Assembly: GCA_963781885.1 (NCBI GenBank)
Contig: CAWAHW010000002.1
Coordinates: forward strand, 1,312,001 to 1,376,000
Direction of reading: 5' to 3'
DNA: 64,000 nt
Origin: an uncultured Spirochaetota bacterium
GTDB taxonomy: Bacteria > Spirochaetota > Spirochaetia > SZUA-6 > Fen-1364
Position numbers and translations under genes: made by a program. The notes beneath the pieces are model-generated. The model did not search any database. It saw only the letters and a program-made list of their open reading frames with translations, and was not told where the DNA came from. Below, in pieces: positions 60,383 to 64,000 of this stretch (positions are counted from its first letter, which is position 1; each line of letters opens with the position of its first letter).

Positions 60383-60999
60383 ATGGAAACCGTCAAGACC
60401 AGCGAGGTGCTGGAGTCGCAGATCATCGAGGACGCGCGCGCGAAGGCGCGGCGCATCCTGGAGGCCGCGGATCGCGAATGCGCCGCCATCCGGGCGCAGT
60501 GGGAATCCCACCGTGACGCCGAGATCCACAGGATGGAAGCGGCGCGCGACGCCAGGATCGCCCTCATGCGGCAGGAGCTTGCATCGTCGCTGCCGCTGGA
60601 CTTCATGCGCTTGAAGCTCGCCTTCCTCCAGCAGGGCGTCGCGGGGGCGATGGAGCGTTTCTTCGCGTCGCTTTCGGCGGAGGAGCGCGCGCGCATCATC
60701 GGCGCACTGCTCGCACGGGCGGCGTCGGCATTCAATGGCGCCCGTGTGACGGCCGGCTACGCCGGTCTCACGGAAAAAGAGACGCGCGCCATCATCAAGG
60801 ATTCCCTGCCGGGCGTCACCGTCGGGGAGGTCACCCAGCTCACCGGGGATGCCGCCGTGGAAGCGGGCACGGGCATCATGGTGGAGACAGCAGACGGCAG
60901 CCGGCGCTACCGCGGCTCGCTGGTGGAGCTTGCCGGCTTCCTCCTGGAGGAGTACCGCGAAGAGCTCGCCACGGCCTTATTCGGAAAAGACGTGCATCA

Positions 61000-61003
<4 letters not shown>
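60383..61003 (+). CDS. ntpE: V/A-type ATP synthase subunit E
   Basis: [16 protein letters not shown] coiled coil; position in the operon. Confidence 0.8.
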
Positions 61004-62750
<1,747 letters not shown>

Positions 62751-62754
<4 letters not shown>

Positions 62755-64000
62755 AGGGCCTGGAATATCGGGGTCTCACGAAGGTGGACGGCCCCATCAT
62801 CATCCTCAACCGCACGGAGGACGTCGGCCTCGGCGAGCTCGTGCGCGTCTACGACCGCGGCCGCGCGGAACGGGCCGGCCGCATCATCGAGCTGTCGGAG
62901 AAGGCAGTGGCCGTGCAGATATTCGGCACGAACACGGGTCTTTCCATCGATACCTCGTCCGTGGAGTTCAGCGGAAAGCCAATGGAGATGCGCGTCTCCC
63001 GCGACATGCTCGGCCGCATCTACGACGGGCTGGGAAAGCCCATCGACGGCTATCCCGAATCGTGGAGCTCCCTGCGCCTGGACGTGAACGGCATCCCGAT
63101 CAACCCCGATGCGCGCACGTATCCCCGGGACTTCATCCAGACGGGCATCTCCTGCATCGACGGCATGAACACGCTCATCCGCGGCCAGAAGCTGCCGATC
63201 TTCTCGGGCAACGGGCTGCCCCACAACCGCCTCGCCGCGCAGATCATCCGGCAGGCGAAGATCCTCACCTCCGACGAGCCGTTCGTCATGGTATTCGCGG
63301 CCATGGGCGTGAAGTACGACGTGGCGCGCTTCTTCATCGACTCATTCGAGGCAAGCGGCGTTCTTGCCAACGTCGTCATGTTCCTCTCCCTTGCGGACGA
63401 CCCTTCGATTGAAAGGCTCATCACGCCGCGCTGCGCCCTCACGGCGGCGGAATACCTGGCCTACACCTGCGACATGCACGTGCTGGTGGTCATGACGGAC
63501 ATGACGAACTACTGCGAGTCGCTGCGGGAGGTTTCAACAATCCGCGGGGAGATACCTTCCCGCAAGGGCTACCCCGGCTACCTCTATTCCGACCTTGCCT
63601 CTCTCTACGAGCGGGCGGGCAAGATCGAGAACTCCGCCGGCTCCATCACCCAGATCCCGGTCCTCACGATGCCCAGCGACGACATCTCCCATCCGGTGCC
63701 CGACCTCTCGGGCTACATCACCGAAGGGCAGATCGTGCTCGACCGCGAGCTGTTCCAGAAGGGCATCTATCCGCCGGTCGCGGGACTGCCTTCCCTCTCG
63801 CGCCTCATGAAGGACGGCATCGGCCCCGGCATGACGCGGGAGGATCACAAGGAGGTCTCTTCCCAGCTCTTTGCCGCCTACTCGCGCGTCCGCAGCATCC
63901 GATCGCTTGCCGCCGTCATCGGGGAGGAGGAGCTCTCGGACCTCGACAAGCAGTACCTGACCTTCGGGGACCGGTTCGAGCGCGAGTTTCTCGCGCAGGG
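62751..64000 (+). CDS. ntpB: V/A-type ATP synthase subunit B (truncated by the window end)
   Basis: MKGLEYRG...IQTGIS...[10 protein letters not shown]...TDMTNYCE...[16 protein letters not shown]; ATGA overlap with subunit A. Confidence 0.95.

Overview
Chromosomal window from a high-GC member of the Spirochaetia. The markers are flaA, a spiro-SPASM-type radical SAM gene, a uvrA-lptD-like pair and a V/A-type ATP synthase. Housekeeping content includes a ychF-like gene, rlmI, xseAB, tRNA-Val(GAC), an ECF transporter with yggS, an rluA-family gene, murI-rsgA-mutS2, uvrA, phoH/7TM-HD/ybeY, pgk-tpiA-secG and the ntp operon. I found no integrase, transposase, phage or CRISPR-Cas. The main points of interest are: (1) a 9-kb locus (20.2-29.4 kb) carrying counterparts of nearly every gene of the Listeria-type flavin-based extracellular electron transfer system but no PplA. 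Instead its membrane-anchored NDH-2 has three flavinylation-like motifs exactly 21 aa apart in a predicted periplasmic loop, plus a 4-Cys insert. (2) Two intergenic tandem hairpin arrays (25-bp and 23-bp units), each abutting a -35 box; the first shows compensatory base changes. (3) A spiro-SPASM / cytidylyltransferase / PseG-like-methyltransferase / ATP-grasp cluster upstream of flaA. (4) At least six promoters with leaderless geometry. (5) Nine single-base frameshifts, four of them the same TGCCGG>TGCCCGG change on the + strand, most likely a sequencing artefact. All family assignments come from motif recognition by eye; no database searches were run.
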